From the NCBI GenBank assembly GCA_035450185.1, contig DAOTMG010000004.1, positions 10,046 through 74,045 on the forward strand: a stretch of DNA of 64,000 bases, written 5' to 3'. Each line of letters begins with the position of its first letter. The first letter of the stretch is position 1. Below the pieces are notes generated by a model. That model was given only the letters and a program-made list of their open reading frames with translations, ran no database searches and was not told the origin of the DNA. Of the stretch, positions 46,982 through 57,121 are shown in pieces. This DNA comes from Syntrophales bacterium. GTDB taxonomy: Bacteria; Desulfobacterota; Syntrophia; Syntrophales; UBA2192. The position numbers and the translations under genes were made by a program.

Positions 46982-47628
46982 TGATGTGGTGGCTGACAGG
47001 AATAGCCGGGTTGTCGTCCTTGAAGGAGCCGGTGGGAACTTCTGCTCGGGTGCGGAACTTTCTCTTCTCGGTTCAGGCATCACCGCGGAGGATGCCTACA
47101 GGGAGATGCTGCGCATCGGCCGGTTGATCAAGTCCATGCGAGAAATCCCTCAGCCCGTCATATGCAGGGTGCGGAGCGTTGCCAATGGCGGTGGAGCGAA
47201 CCTGGCCCTCGCCGGGGATTTCGTCGTGGCCTCCCATGAGGCGCGGATCAGCCAGTCGTTTGTCAACATCGGCATAACCCTGGACTGCGGGGGGAGCTAT
47301 TTTCTTCCGAGGCTGGTCGGCATGGCCGGGGCGAGGGCCCTCGCCTTATTGGGCGAAGAGATCGACGGGAAAACGGCTGTCGCCATAGGGCTTATCTATA
47401 AATCCGCTGCGGCCGATGAACTCGATGGCGAGGTCGACACCCTGGCGTCGGTTCTGGCCCGGAAATCCATCACGGCCCTGTCGGTCATAAAAAAAGAGCC
47501 TGAACGAGAGTTTCGACATGACGCTGGCGGAGGCCCTCGAACGGGAGGCCGCGAATCAGTCCATCGTTCTGCCGGGTGAAGAATTTAAAAGGGCTTTGCG
47601 AAGGCTGCTCCGGTCGAAAAGGAATTGA
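46860..47628 (+). pseudogene. enoyl-CoA hydratase/isomerase with a frameshift in an A7 run (47489-47495)
   Basis: The crotonase fold is intact to ...ALSVIKK. The conserved C-terminus (SLNESFDMTLAEALEREAANQSIVLPGEEFKRAL...) is in the +1 frame. Six instead of seven A would restore a 255-aa protein ending at 47628. Confidence 0.6.
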
Positions 47629-47670
47629 TGACTTTTTCATAACCAATTTTCCGTCTTTGGAGGACGAAAG

Positions 47671-48804
47671 GTGTACCAGGAATATTTCGAAGAAGAACAC
47701 AATATATTGAGGGACAGTGTCAGGCGTTTCGTTGAGAAAGAAATCAAGCCCCATGTCGAAGAATGGGAGGAAAAGGAAATGTTCCCCAGGGAACTTTACA
47801 AGAAAGCAGGCGATGCGGGCTATCTGGGGCTGGAGTATCCGGAGGAATTGGGGGGAACACCCGCCGACAAATTCATGTTCGTCGCCTATGTGGAGGAACT
47901 GGTACGCTGCGGTTCCCTGGGGGTGTCCATCGGCCTTTCGACCCACCACATCTCGATGCCGCACATCCTGAAGCTCGGGACGGATGAACAGAAAAAGCGG
48001 TTTATCGTACCCGTTCTGAAAGGGGAAAAAATCGGCGCACTGGGTGTCACGGAGCCCAATGCCGGCTCGGACGTGGCAAACATCCTCACGCGAGCCGTCC
48101 GGGATGGCGACCATTACGTTGTCAATGGATCCAAAACATTTATCTCGAGCGGCACCCGCGCCAATTTCATTACAACGGCCGTAAGAACAGGAGGGCCCGG
48201 ACATAAGGGCGTGAGCCTCTTGGTGATCGATTCATCCACCCCGGGCTTTAAGGTTGCCAAGAAACTCCGCAAAATGGGCTGGAATGCTTCGGACACGGCG
48301 GAATTGAGTTTTGAGGACTGCCGGGTTCCCGTGGAGAATCTACTGGGAAAAGAGGGTGACGGTTTCAAGGGACTGATGGTCAATTTCCAGAATGAAAGGC
48401 TTGAGCTGGCCGTGACCGCCCATGCCTGCGCCCAACTGGCTCTCGAAGAATCCATAAAATATGCCAAGAGCCGTGAAGCCTTTGGAAAACCTATTTTTGG
48501 ATTGCAGGTCATTGCGCACAAACTCGCGGATATGGCAACAAGGGTCGAGGTCGCAAAAGAGTTCAATTACCGTGTGGCGGCCATGATGGATGCAGGCAAA
48601 GACGCGACCCGGGAAGTTTCCATGGCCAAAAACTTCGCCTGCGAGGCCTGCGACAAGGTGGTCTTTGATGCGGTCCAGATACACGGCGGTTACGGGTACG
48701 CACGGGAATACCTGGTTGAGAGGCTCTATCGAGACTCGCGCGTTCTCAGTATCGGGGGCGGTACCACGGAGATCATGAAAGAGGTCATCAGCAAAATGAT
48801 TTGA
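47671..48804 (+). CDS. acyl-CoA dehydrogenase
   Basis: 377-aa ORF with GTG start and GGAGGA RBS. ACAD signatures: GVTEPNAGSD, ...QIHGGYGYAREYLVERLYRDSRVLSIGGGTTEI. Confidence 0.9.
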   Translation: MYQEYFEEEHNILRDSVRRFVEKEIKPHVEEWEEKEMFPRELYKKAGDAGYLGLEYPEELGGTPADKFMFVAYVEELVRCGSLGVSIGLSTHHISMPHILKLGTDEQKKRFIVPVLKGEKIGALGVTEPNAGSDVANILTRAVRDGDHYVVNGSKTFISSGTRANFITTAVRTGGPGHKGVSLLVIDSSTPGFKVAKKLRKMGWNASDTAELSFEDCRVPVENLLGKEGDGFKGLMVNFQNERLELAVTAHACAQLALEESIKYAKSREAFGKPIFGLQVIAHKLADMATRVEVAKEFNYRVAAMMDAGKDATREVSMAKNFACEACDKVVFDAVQIHGGYGYAREYLVERLYRDSRVLSIGGGTTEIMKEVISKMI

Positions 48805-48884
48805 AGACTCGAGGAAAAGCACTTTCAAAACGATTAAAAAAATCGCGCAGACGGCGCGAAGAAAGGGAAGAGAGGTAAGACAAC

Positions 48885-50294
48885 ATGGCAGCTTATCCAG
48901 GGAAACCAAAAGTTGTAAGCGAGTTCGGGAAATTTCTTTACAAGTCTCAGGACGAAATCCGGGCAGTGCAGAATGCAAAGCTGAAGCATCAGATGACACT
49001 GCTCGAAAAGTACAGTCCCTATTATGGAAAGAAGTTCAAGGAATGGGGGATTGCCCCTGCCGACGTTCAGGGTGTGGACGACCTGCAGAAGATTCCCCTC
49101 CTTTACAAGAAGGATTACATGGCGGATCCCATGAGTTTCAGGCTGGCAATCCCGCCCGATGCGCCGGTTCAGCCCCATGAGCGGATCCTCTGGGGTGTTC
49201 ATTACACAACGGGCACCACCTCCGGTATCCCCACGCCTTTTTTCTCCAACACCCACGATTATTTCGGAAATCTCGTGCAGCTGGCCCGCATGGATGAAGT
49301 GGGCACGATCGGTCCCGGCGACACGGTGGCCAACATCTTCCCCTTGACGCCTGTTCCGCACATCGGGTTCTGGAAAACGGTCGATTACTCCATCGCCTGC
49401 GGCGCCAAGGTCTGCAACGCCCTGACGGGTGCAGCCTATTCTCCTTTTCCTATACACCGCCCCCTGGACTATGCCGTGGACATGGTCGTGAAAAACAAAG
49501 CCACCGTCCTTTCCGGTATTGTTTCCTTCGTGCGACGGACCATCATGCGGGCTGAGGAACTGGACAAGGACTTTTCCAGTGTCCGCATGTGCTTCGTTCT
49601 CGGCGAGGCCTGTCCCGAGGGAATGCGCACCGACATGAAGCAACGGCTCATCAAGATGGGGGCCAAAGATCCTTTTATCTGCAGCGGACTCGGCTTCACG
49701 GAGATGCAGGGGACGACTCTCGAGTGCACAGAGCGCGGGGGGATGCACCTCTGCGCACCTGATCTTCACTTCCTCGAGATCGTGGATGAGAAAACGGGCA
49801 AGAGGTTGCCGGACGGTGAAAAGGGGCTTCTGACCATTACCCACGTGGACCGACGGGGTACCTGCTTTCTGCGCTATGTCGTCGGGGACATCACCACCCT
49901 GACTCACGAAACATGTCCCCACTGCGGACGGAATGACGCACGCGTAGTCATGCAGCCCATCCGGACGATGGAACTGGTCAACATCAAGGGGACGCTGATT
50001 AACCCGGATATCCTGAAGACGGAGATCACCCAGATTAAGGGCATCGACGAGTACCAGATCGTCTTCACGAAGGAGGACTTGAAGGATCCCTTTTCGCTGG
50101 ATAAGCTGCAAATTCTGGTGGCCGCGGCAGCCGGCACCGATCGGGAAAAGGTGAAGAAGGAGGTCATCGAGCGGGCGCGTCGTGCCGTTGAGATGACGCC
50201 GGATGTGGTTTTCGTTGAGATGGTCGAGATTTTCGATACCTCCAAGACGCTGAAGAGCGTCCGCGTGGTAGATAAAAGACCCAAGGTGGATTAA
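48885..50294 (+). CDS. phenylacetate-CoA ligase-like (PaaK/F390-synthetase family) adenylate-forming enzyme
   Basis: 469-aa ORF with N-terminal ...QNAKLKHQMTLLEKYSPYYGKKFKEWGI...LQKIPLLYKKDY and HYTTGTTSGIPTPFF. Confidence 0.75.
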   Translation: MAAYPGKPKVVSEFGKFLYKSQDEIRAVQNAKLKHQMTLLEKYSPYYGKKFKEWGIAPADVQGVDDLQKIPLLYKKDYMADPMSFRLAIPPDAPVQPHERILWGVHYTTGTTSGIPTPFFSNTHDYFGNLVQLARMDEVGTIGPGDTVANIFPLTPVPHIGFWKTVDYSIACGAKVCNALTGAAYSPFPIHRPLDYAVDMVVKNKATVLSGIVSFVRRTIMRAEELDKDFSSVRMCFVLGEACPEGMRTDMKQRLIKMGAKDPFICSGLGFTEMQGTTLECTERGGMHLCAPDLHFLEIVDEKTGKRLPDGEKGLLTITHVDRRGTCFLRYVVGDITTLTHETCPHCGRNDARVVMQPIRTMELVNIKGTLINPDILKTEITQIKGIDEYQIVFTKEDLKDPFSLDKLQILVAAAAGTDREKVKKEVIERARRAVEMTPDVVFVEMVEIFDTSKTLKSVRVVDKRPKVD

Positions 50295-50392
50295 TCGCTA
50301 ACGAGGCGTGACCGGGGGTTGCAGGTCGTTATTCCGGCTGGACCGGAGCCCTGTGACTTCGGGGAGGCCGATGCAGAGATTGAGGAGGAGAC

Positions 50393-51805
50393 GTGATGTC
50401 AGACAAAAAAAGCAAATACGACGTAATCATTGTGGGCGCCGGCATTGCCGGACTAGGCCTGGGCGCAATTCTGTCAAAGGAAGGCAAACAGAAGGTTTTG
50501 GTCCTGGACCGCTACCCCAAGGCGGGCGGAAGGACGATGAGCTATGACGGCTATCCCGGGAAGGGATGGCGGGTGGATATCGGTCTGCATCTGATAGAGT
50601 TGGGAGAGAAATCAGCCTGTACGGAACTCAACGCCCGCGTCGGAAAGAAGGTCGCCTGGGGCCCCTTCAGCGAAACCGTTGATATCTGGAATGGTGAAAA
50701 GTTCATGAACGTCGCAGAACTGGTCCCCATGTCCCAGGAGGACAAGATAGCCTTCCGGGAGTTGCTCGGGAGGATTGCCGCTTTGAGTGAAGAGGAGATC
50801 GAGAAGTGGGACAATCGCTCCCTTGAGGAATGGCTCCACGAGAACGTACCCCAGCCCGCCGTTCGTGAGCTTCTGACCGACCTGGGGATGATCATGACCA
50901 CGATACCCCATGCCATTGACATGGCGGCCGGTGAGGTTCTCTGGATTGCGAAGCACAATCTCCTCAAGGTCCGCCAGGCGCTCCAGGCCAGTTATCCGAT
51001 CGACGGGATGGACGGTATCACGCGGGGCCTGGTGGAAGTCATCCGGGAAAACAATGGAGAGATCCGGTTGAACTGTGATGTTCAGGAAGTCGTCATCAGG
51101 GACAAAAGGGCGGTAGGTGTAAGAGTGCCCTCGAAGAGGCATATTTATGAAGAAGAGTACCGCATGTACGAGACGGAGTTTATCGAGGCCGAACGTGTCA
51201 TCTGCGCTCTGCCTATTTACAAGCTGGCGGAAATCATTGACTTCAATCCGCAGACCAGCCCGCTTCCTCGGTGGTGGGTCAAGCGGATCGAGGATATTCA
51301 GTGCGAGAGAACGGGGTTGATCGGGTATGTCTTCGGGACAAAGGAGCACCTCGTGGACCCGAGGAAAAGGGTTTTTTACAGTGCCTTGAAGCTGAAACGC
51401 AGCGGTTTCCCGTTCCAGGCTTGTCCGGTATCGAATTTTTCCAGCGCGGTGGCCCCTGAAGGCAAGCAGCTCTTCCACACAGACATCGTGGTGGAGCATG
51501 CCCAGGCTTCGGACAAATTCGAGCGGGAACGTCTTCTGGCGCTGATGTGGGAAGATATGAAGGAAATGTTTCCCGGGCTCGAGAAAAAGCTCGAATGGCG
51601 TCTTCCTTACTACGTTGACGGGTGTGACGGTCTGGCGCGGCAGCCGGGCCTTGTCGGAAACTTCAAACCGGGTTTGCAAGCTCCCGGTATCCCTAACCTC
51701 TATTTTGCCGGCGACACCTATGTGGGCCGGGGGTTGGCCGTCAACGGTGCGTCGTTGAGTGCCATGATGTGCGCGGATCTGATTCTCAAGGAACTGAAGA
51801 AATAA
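50393..51805 (+). CDS. FAD-dependent oxidoreductase (phytoene desaturase/CrtI-like family)
   Basis: 470-aa ORF with dinucleotide fold YDVIIVGAGIAGLGLGAILSKEGKQKVLVLDRYPKAGGR and a C-terminal FAGDTYVGRG. Confidence 0.75.
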   Translation: MMSDKKSKYDVIIVGAGIAGLGLGAILSKEGKQKVLVLDRYPKAGGRTMSYDGYPGKGWRVDIGLHLIELGEKSACTELNARVGKKVAWGPFSETVDIWNGEKFMNVAELVPMSQEDKIAFRELLGRIAALSEEEIEKWDNRSLEEWLHENVPQPAVRELLTDLGMIMTTIPHAIDMAAGEVLWIAKHNLLKVRQALQASYPIDGMDGITRGLVEVIRENNGEIRLNCDVQEVVIRDKRAVGVRVPSKRHIYEEEYRMYETEFIEAERVICALPIYKLAEIIDFNPQTSPLPRWWVKRIEDIQCERTGLIGYVFGTKEHLVDPRKRVFYSALKLKRSGFPFQACPVSNFSSAVAPEGKQLFHTDIVVEHAQASDKFERERLLALMWEDMKEMFPGLEKKLEWRLPYYVDGCDGLARQPGLVGNFKPGLQAPGIPNLYFAGDTYVGRGLAVNGASLSAMMCADLILKELKK

Positions 51806-51852
51806 GCGCTCTTTCTGCGGAGCAGGAGCGATAAGTCCATCAGGAATCGGGC

Positions 51853-52814
51853 ATGTTTGAGAACGTCTATGCCCCTCTGGCAAAACACCTGGACCGCCTG
51901 TCCGTAGCCTATCCCTCAACCGGGTCCGGCGTCGAACTCCGGATCGTGGAGCACTGATTCACGGAGGAGACGAAAGCAGCACTCGTCATACGGGGTCAGC
52001 CCGAACCCGTGGCGGCCACCGCCGGGCGCCTGAAGATGGCCCCGGAAACCCTGTCGCCGATTTTGTATCACATGTCGACGAAGGGATGGATTTTTCGCTC
52101 TCTGCGGAGACAGGAACACCGCTACAACATTATTCCCTTAGCAGGAGGGGGGTGGGAGTTTCATATCTAATCGATGACCCCGGAAGATCTGAACGACCTC
52201 AGTGCCTATTTCATGGAGAAAAGCTGGTACGGGACCGAGACGTCGTAGCACCGGGTTATACCGGTGATGCAGGCCTGTCACCGGAAATGGAGATTCTGTC
52301 TTATGAGCGGACGAAAGAGGTGATCCGCTCCCTGTCGGGAATCGCCGTCACCCAGTGTATCTGCAGAAAATAAAGCAGGGTGATGGGAAAGGGATGTGAA
52401 CATCCCCTCGAGGTCTGCATGGCCTTCGGCACGTGGGCTCACTTTTACATCGAGAACGGGGTTGGAAGGGAAATCTCAGGAAGAAGCCTTGAAGACCCTG
52501 AAAGAGACCATGGATGCCGGGCTTGTGCTGCAGCCCGGGAACGGCCGAAAGACCTGGAGTATCTGCATGTGCTGGGGTTGCGGCTGTCTGCTTCTCAAAG
52601 CGCTGAAGAAAATGGAGAAGTCTGCTCAGGTGGCCCACACCAGCTTTTATGCCGACGCACGGCTGACGAATGCAACGCCTGCGGCTTCTGTGAGGATCGC
52701 TGTCCCATGGGGGCCATCCAGGTGGAGGCTGCCGCCGGTATGAATGGAGAACGGTGTATCGGTTGCAGTGTCTGCGTGGGAGCCTGTCCGACGAGGGCCA
52801 TCAGACTCCGATAG
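51853..52814 (+). pseudogene. 4Fe-4S dicluster protein (winged-helix N-terminus + Cys-rich + ferredoxin domain), heavily disrupted
   Basis: The reading frame is reconstructable across three frames: MFENVYAPLAKHLDRL...IVEH*FTEE...WEFHI*SMTPEDL...TS*HRVIPV / DAGLSPEMEILSYERTKEVIRSLSGIAVTQCICRK*SRVMGKGCEHPLEVCMAFG...GREIS / QEEALKTLKETMDAGLVLQPGN...CMCWGCGCLLLKAL... / DECNACGFCEDRCPMGAIQ...CIGCSVCVGACPTRAI. In-frame stops are at 51955 (TGA), 52168 (TAA), 52246 (TAG) and 52371 (TAA). There are also three frameshifts. Confidence 0.65.
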
Positions 52815-52967
52815 AAGGGCAAGCAGGAGCGCTATGCCCCGCCGAAAGATATCTCGGACATGAAGGTCCGAATAGCCGGGGAACGGGGGATCCTGTAAGG
52901 GTCGTCGAGGAAACGCGATGTCGGTATGGTCGGGTCAATCATTCTTTAGAAAGGAAAGGCAGGAGCA

Positions 52968-53816
52968 ATGATCAAGAAACTGTGCGTCATCGGTGCAGGC
53001 ACGATGGGGGCGGGTATAGCCCAGGTGGCCGTGGAGAGCGGCATCGAAACCACCCTGCGGGATGTAGAAGACCGCTTTGTCCAGCGCGGGCTGGACACCA
53101 TCAAGACCTTTGTCGGAAAGAAGCTGGAAAAGGGGAAGCTGACTCAGGCGGAACACGATCAAATCCTGGGTCGCCTGAGAGGGACCCGCAGCATGGAAGA
53201 GGCCGTTGCCGGGGTGGATATGGTGATTGAGGCGGTCTTCGAGGACATGAAGCTGAAACAAAGCGTCTTCGCGGAGCTCGATGACCTGTGCCCGAGGGAA
53301 ACCATCCTGTCATCGAACACATCGACGCTGAGCATTTCCAAAATTGCCTCCGTCACTAAAAACCCTCACCGTGTGATCGGGACTCATTTCTTCAGCCCCG
53401 TGCCGCTGATGCGGCTGGTGGAGGTCATCCAGGGGGAGCGCACCGACGAAGCCATTGTCAAGACCGTCGTGGATTTCTGCAAGGCCATCGGGAAAACGCC
53501 TATCCTGGCGAAGGACGTTCCGGGATTCATAGTGAACCGCTTTCTTTGCCTGCTGTACAACGAGGCGGCCGATCAGATCTACAAGGGTTACGCCACGTCG
53601 CAGGACATCGACCTCGGGTTGAAACTGGGCTCCAACCATCCCATGGGGCCGGTGGAAATCATGGATATGGCCGGTGTGGACGTGGTTTTCAACGCCCTCA
53701 AGGCGCTCTATGAGATGACCGGAGAAGAGCGTTACAAACCATCCCCTCTCTTCGAAAAGATGATCAAGGAAAACCGCCTGGGACGGAAAACCAAACGGGG
53801 ATTCTATGAATACTAG
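52968..53816 (+). CDS. 3-hydroxyacyl-CoA (3-hydroxybutyryl-CoA) dehydrogenase
   Basis: 282-aa ORF with KKLCVIGAGTMGAGIAQV, ...SNTSTLSI..., ...GFIVNR.... Confidence 0.9.
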   Translation: MIKKLCVIGAGTMGAGIAQVAVESGIETTLRDVEDRFVQRGLDTIKTFVGKKLEKGKLTQAEHDQILGRLRGTRSMEEAVAGVDMVIEAVFEDMKLKQSVFAELDDLCPRETILSSNTSTLSISKIASVTKNPHRVIGTHFFSPVPLMRLVEVIQGERTDEAIVKTVVDFCKAIGKTPILAKDVPGFIVNRFLCLLYNEAADQIYKGYATSQDIDLGLKLGSNHPMGPVEIMDMAGVDVVFNALKALYEMTGEERYKPSPLFEKMIKENRLGRKTKRGFYEY

Positions 53817-53879
53817 AGCGGGATTGGAATATCTGTAAAAAGGCAAAAGCACTCCAGTCCCGAAAGATGCCCTGGGTTT

Positions 53880-54734
53880 ATGAATGCAGTTTGGGTCAAT
53901 GAATGCAGTCGGGCCGTGAAATTCGCCGGGCTCTTTGGCGCAAGATTGAGGTCCGGTAATATCGGGCACAGCCCGGCGGGAGTGGGTGATACCATTCTCA
54001 TCGATCTGGCGAAGGGGTTTTTCGCCGTGGGCGACAGTTCGGACAGGGAGCCCCGTGCCGCCCGGGTTTTCATGAGTCAGTTTTCTCGTTTGCTTGCGGA
54101 TATTTCAGTCCTTTCCCCCCGTACGGTGATACCGGATGATCAGCTCGAATGCCTGCAGACGGAAATCATCTCGAGGTCGAGCGAGATGTTGCGCCGGGAG
54201 TCTTTTCGGGGTACCAGCACCTTTACGGGTCTTCTGCTTATCAGGACGGATCGTCGAATCAGGGCGGTCATATTTCACGCGGGCGATTCCGTTTTGTACG
54301 CCTATCACCCGCGGAGCGGCATACGCAAGCTCACAGAAAGTAATTTATGGTTGATTGGAAAAGTCCGCGAATTCTACCAGATTGAGTTTTTAGATCTCGA
54401 GCCTGGAGAGAGATTTCTACTGGCAACAGACGGTTTGCATGATCTGTCGCCGCCGGTGGGTAAAGGATTGGACGAATACCTTGCGGAACTGATCCGGCGA
54501 CATCCCGTTGAAGATGTCCCGGACATCCTGATAGACGGCTGTGAGTCCTGCAAATCGAAGAGAGATGACCTCGCTCTCCTGGTGCTTGCTCCGGATGGAC
54601 CCTTTCCTGAAGCCTGTGAGATCCTTTTCGGGGGCGTCACTGCAGAAACGGAAGCAAAGAGACTTCTCCGCCTGCAAAATCCGGCCGGCGAATACATGAT
54701 GTGGGAGTCTTTTGTGAACCGGGAAGACTTTTGA
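53880..54734 (+). CDS. PP2C-like (SpoIIE/PPM-type) protein phosphatase domain protein
   Basis: 284-aa ORF with ...FAVGDSSD..., ...TFTGLLL...AVIFHAGDSVLY..., ...LLATDGLHD..., ...DDLALLVL. These are PPM-like metal-binding Asp blocks. Assignment is by eye. Confidence 0.55.
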   Translation: MNAVWVNECSRAVKFAGLFGARLRSGNIGHSPAGVGDTILIDLAKGFFAVGDSSDREPRAARVFMSQFSRLLADISVLSPRTVIPDDQLECLQTEIISRSSEMLRRESFRGTSTFTGLLLIRTDRRIRAVIFHAGDSVLYAYHPRSGIRKLTESNLWLIGKVREFYQIEFLDLEPGERFLLATDGLHDLSPPVGKGLDEYLAELIRRHPVEDVPDILIDGCESCKSKRDDLALLVLAPDGPFPEACEILFGGVTAETEAKRLLRLQNPAGEYMMWESFVNREDF

Positions 54735-54771
54735 GTACCTGGGCCCGAAGGGCCTCTGAAGGAGGAAGAAA

Positions 54772-55917
54772 ATGGATTTCATTTTGAACGAAGACCAAAA
54801 AATGTTGAGAGATACCGTGCGCCGGATTGCTCAAGAAAAGTTTGCTCCCATCGCCGCGGAGATCGACGAGAAGGAGGTTTTTCCGTCCGAGTCGGTGAAG
54901 GTCTTGGCGGAAAACGGGCTTTTGGGTATCCAGATCCCCGAGACATACGGCGGCGCGGGCGCGGGGATGCTGGCGATGGTTCTCGCTGTGGAGGAGATCG
55001 CCCGTGTCTGCTGCTCCACCTCCGTCATCCTGACGACCCAGGCGCTGGCGAGCGATCCCCTGCTTCTGGTCGGCACGGAGGACCAGAGGAGGAATTATCT
55101 CTACCGTATGGCCTCGGGGGAGTGCCTCGGTGCATGCGCGATCACCGAGCCGGGGGCAGGTTCCGACGTGTCGGGAATGAAGACGGTGGCGAAGAAAGTG
55201 GACGGTGGCTACATCCTGGACGGCGCAAAGATTTTCATCACCAACGGAGGTGAGGCGGAAATCGTGACGGTTCTGGCCTATACGGACCGGGAAAAGGGCA
55301 ACCGGGGCATCAGTATGTTCATCCTGGAGAAAGGCGAGCCTGGGTTCACCGTGGGGAAGAAAGAGCACAAGATGGGCCTTCACGGATCGGATACCCGTGA
55401 GCTTGTATTTGAAAATGTGTTTGTTCCCGCGAACCGGCTGCTGGGTACTGAGGGCGGCGGGTTCCGGACCCTCATGACGACGTTCAACTACACGCGACCC
55501 GCCGTGGGTGGACAGGCCCTGGGAATCGCCCAAGGGGCGCTCGATGCGTCGATCCGGTATGCCAAGGAGCGGGTGCAGTTCGGCAAGCCCCTTGCCTCCT
55601 TCCAGGGGATACAGTGGATGCTCGCCGAGATGGCCCTTTCCGTGGAGACGGCGCGGTCCATCGTGTACAGGGCCGCTTCGATGATCGACACCGAACCGGA
55701 ATCACCGGACCAGCCGAAGATAGCCTCCATGGCCAAGTGGTACGCCTCGGATGTGGCGATGAAGGTAACCACGGATGCGGTCCAGATTTTCGGAGGGTAC
55801 GGCTACATCCGGGAATATCCCGTGGAGCGGATGATGCGAGACGCGAAGATCACCCAGATCTACGAGGGGACGAATCAGATCCAGCGCACCATCGTTGCCG
55901 GACAGATACTGAAATAA
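54772..55917 (+). CDS. acyl-CoA dehydrogenase (short/medium-chain type)
   Basis: 381-aa ORF with [10 protein letters not shown], ...[35 protein letters not shown]. Confidence 0.9.
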   Translation: MDFILNEDQKMLRDTVRRIAQEKFAPIAAEIDEKEVFPSESVKVLAENGLLGIQIPETYGGAGAGMLAMVLAVEEIARVCCSTSVILTTQALASDPLLLVGTEDQRRNYLYRMASGECLGACAITEPGAGSDVSGMKTVAKKVDGGYILDGAKIFITNGGEAEIVTVLAYTDREKGNRGISMFILEKGEPGFTVGKKEHKMGLHGSDTRELVFENVFVPANRLLGTEGGGFRTLMTTFNYTRPAVGGQALGIAQGALDASIRYAKERVQFGKPLASFQGIQWMLAEMALSVETARSIVYRAASMIDTEPESPDQPKIASMAKWYASDVAMKVTTDAVQIFGGYGYIREYPVERMMRDAKITQIYEGTNQIQRTIVAGQILK

Positions 55918-56028
55918 AAGTGCTTTGGTCTGCAGCCATGACTGGTAAAGGCTTACAAGACGGATGTTTATGCAAAAAAATGAAAACGCCTTAAGAAAAT
56001 CTGAAAACCATAAAGGAAGAGAGCCATC

Positions 56029-56944
56029 ATGGCCGGAATCACCAAGGCGGATACCGTATGGAGAACGTCAGCCCCCCCTCAAAGCGATGCCCGATCGGAC
56101 GGGTTTCATTGATGCGGGGAAAGAAATCAGCTTCAGAGAGATGGATCAAATTACGGACCGGGTGGATTGGGGTTTTTGAAAATGGATTTCAAGAGAGGCG
56201 ACCGGATCGGGGTTATCGCGTTGAATGAGCATAATGTCCGGATCGTCATTACGGGGGAGCCAGCGCGGACCCCGATCTTCTGAAAAAAATCAATGAATCT
56301 TTTCCCAGCGCGACCATAATGAATCTTTACGGACCGAGTGAATCCTCGGGTGCAGTCATCCTGAGTCCGTGGGACATCGATTTCGACACAACCGTTAGAA
56401 GCATCGGGAAACCCATCGGGAACTTTAAGGTCAACGTGGTCGATTCGGGGGTAAAGATCTCCCCGCCGGACAAACGGGGGAGCTCTGCGTCAGGAGCGAT
56501 GCGGTTATCAAGCGTTACTTCCACATGGAAAAGGAAACCGAGGAATCGTTTAAAGGCGGCCGGCTTCATACGGGAGACATGGCTTACATTGACGATAACG
56601 GCAACGTCACCCTCATGGGCCGCAAGAAGGAAATGTATGTCCAGGGAGGATTTAATGTTCACCCCGTGGAAATTGAAAATATCCTGTCCAAGCACCCCAA
56701 GATCCTGATGGTGGCCGGAATCGGGGTTCCGGACCCTGTGCTGGGAGAAGTCGGTCGTTATTATATCATTCCCAAACCGGGCATGGAACTCACAGAGAAA
56801 GAGATCAAGGAATACTGCCGTCAGAATATGGCAGATTGCAAAGTTCCCCGGCAGATCGCTTTCAGGCGCGAACTTCCATTGAGCCCTGCTGGAAAGGTCA
56901 TGAAAACCGCTCTAAAGGAAGAGTACGAGAAGACAGGGAAGTGA
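56029..56944 (+). pseudogene. AMP-dependent acyl-CoA ligase remnant (internal deletion plus several frameshifts)
   Basis: Fragments in order: MAGITKADT / ...AMPDRTGFIDAGKEISFREMDQITDRV / FKRGDRIGVIALNE then directly VRIVITGEPA...INESFPSATIMNLYGPSESSG...PPDKRG / ELCVRSDAVIKRYFHMEKETEESFKGGRLHTGDMAY...KVPRQIAFRRELPLSPAGKVMK. The central part, including the P-loop, is missing. The last shift lies in the G5 run at 56476-56480. Confidence 0.7.
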
Positions 56945-57121
56945 AACACGTCATGAGATAATTCGTTATCAGATCGTCTCGTCAGCACGGAGGTCTGGAA
57001 GAAACGCCTTGGAGAGGATTGATTCATTGTCGAACATAAAGTCCAGGCGGATCTTCGCGGGCTCTCAGCGATTCCGGCCGGCTGTAACCCTGAATCGGTG
57101 GAATAAGGAAGGAGCAAACAT

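Noticed and set aside
44997-51919. Long minus-strand ORFs (44997-46136, 47485-48204, 48834-50111, 50612-51919) and similar ones at 24819-25805, 30086-31736 and 54637-55533
   Set aside because: All are antisense to plus-strand genes with clear family signatures. Their translations are compositionally biased and motif-free, so they are shadow ORFs.
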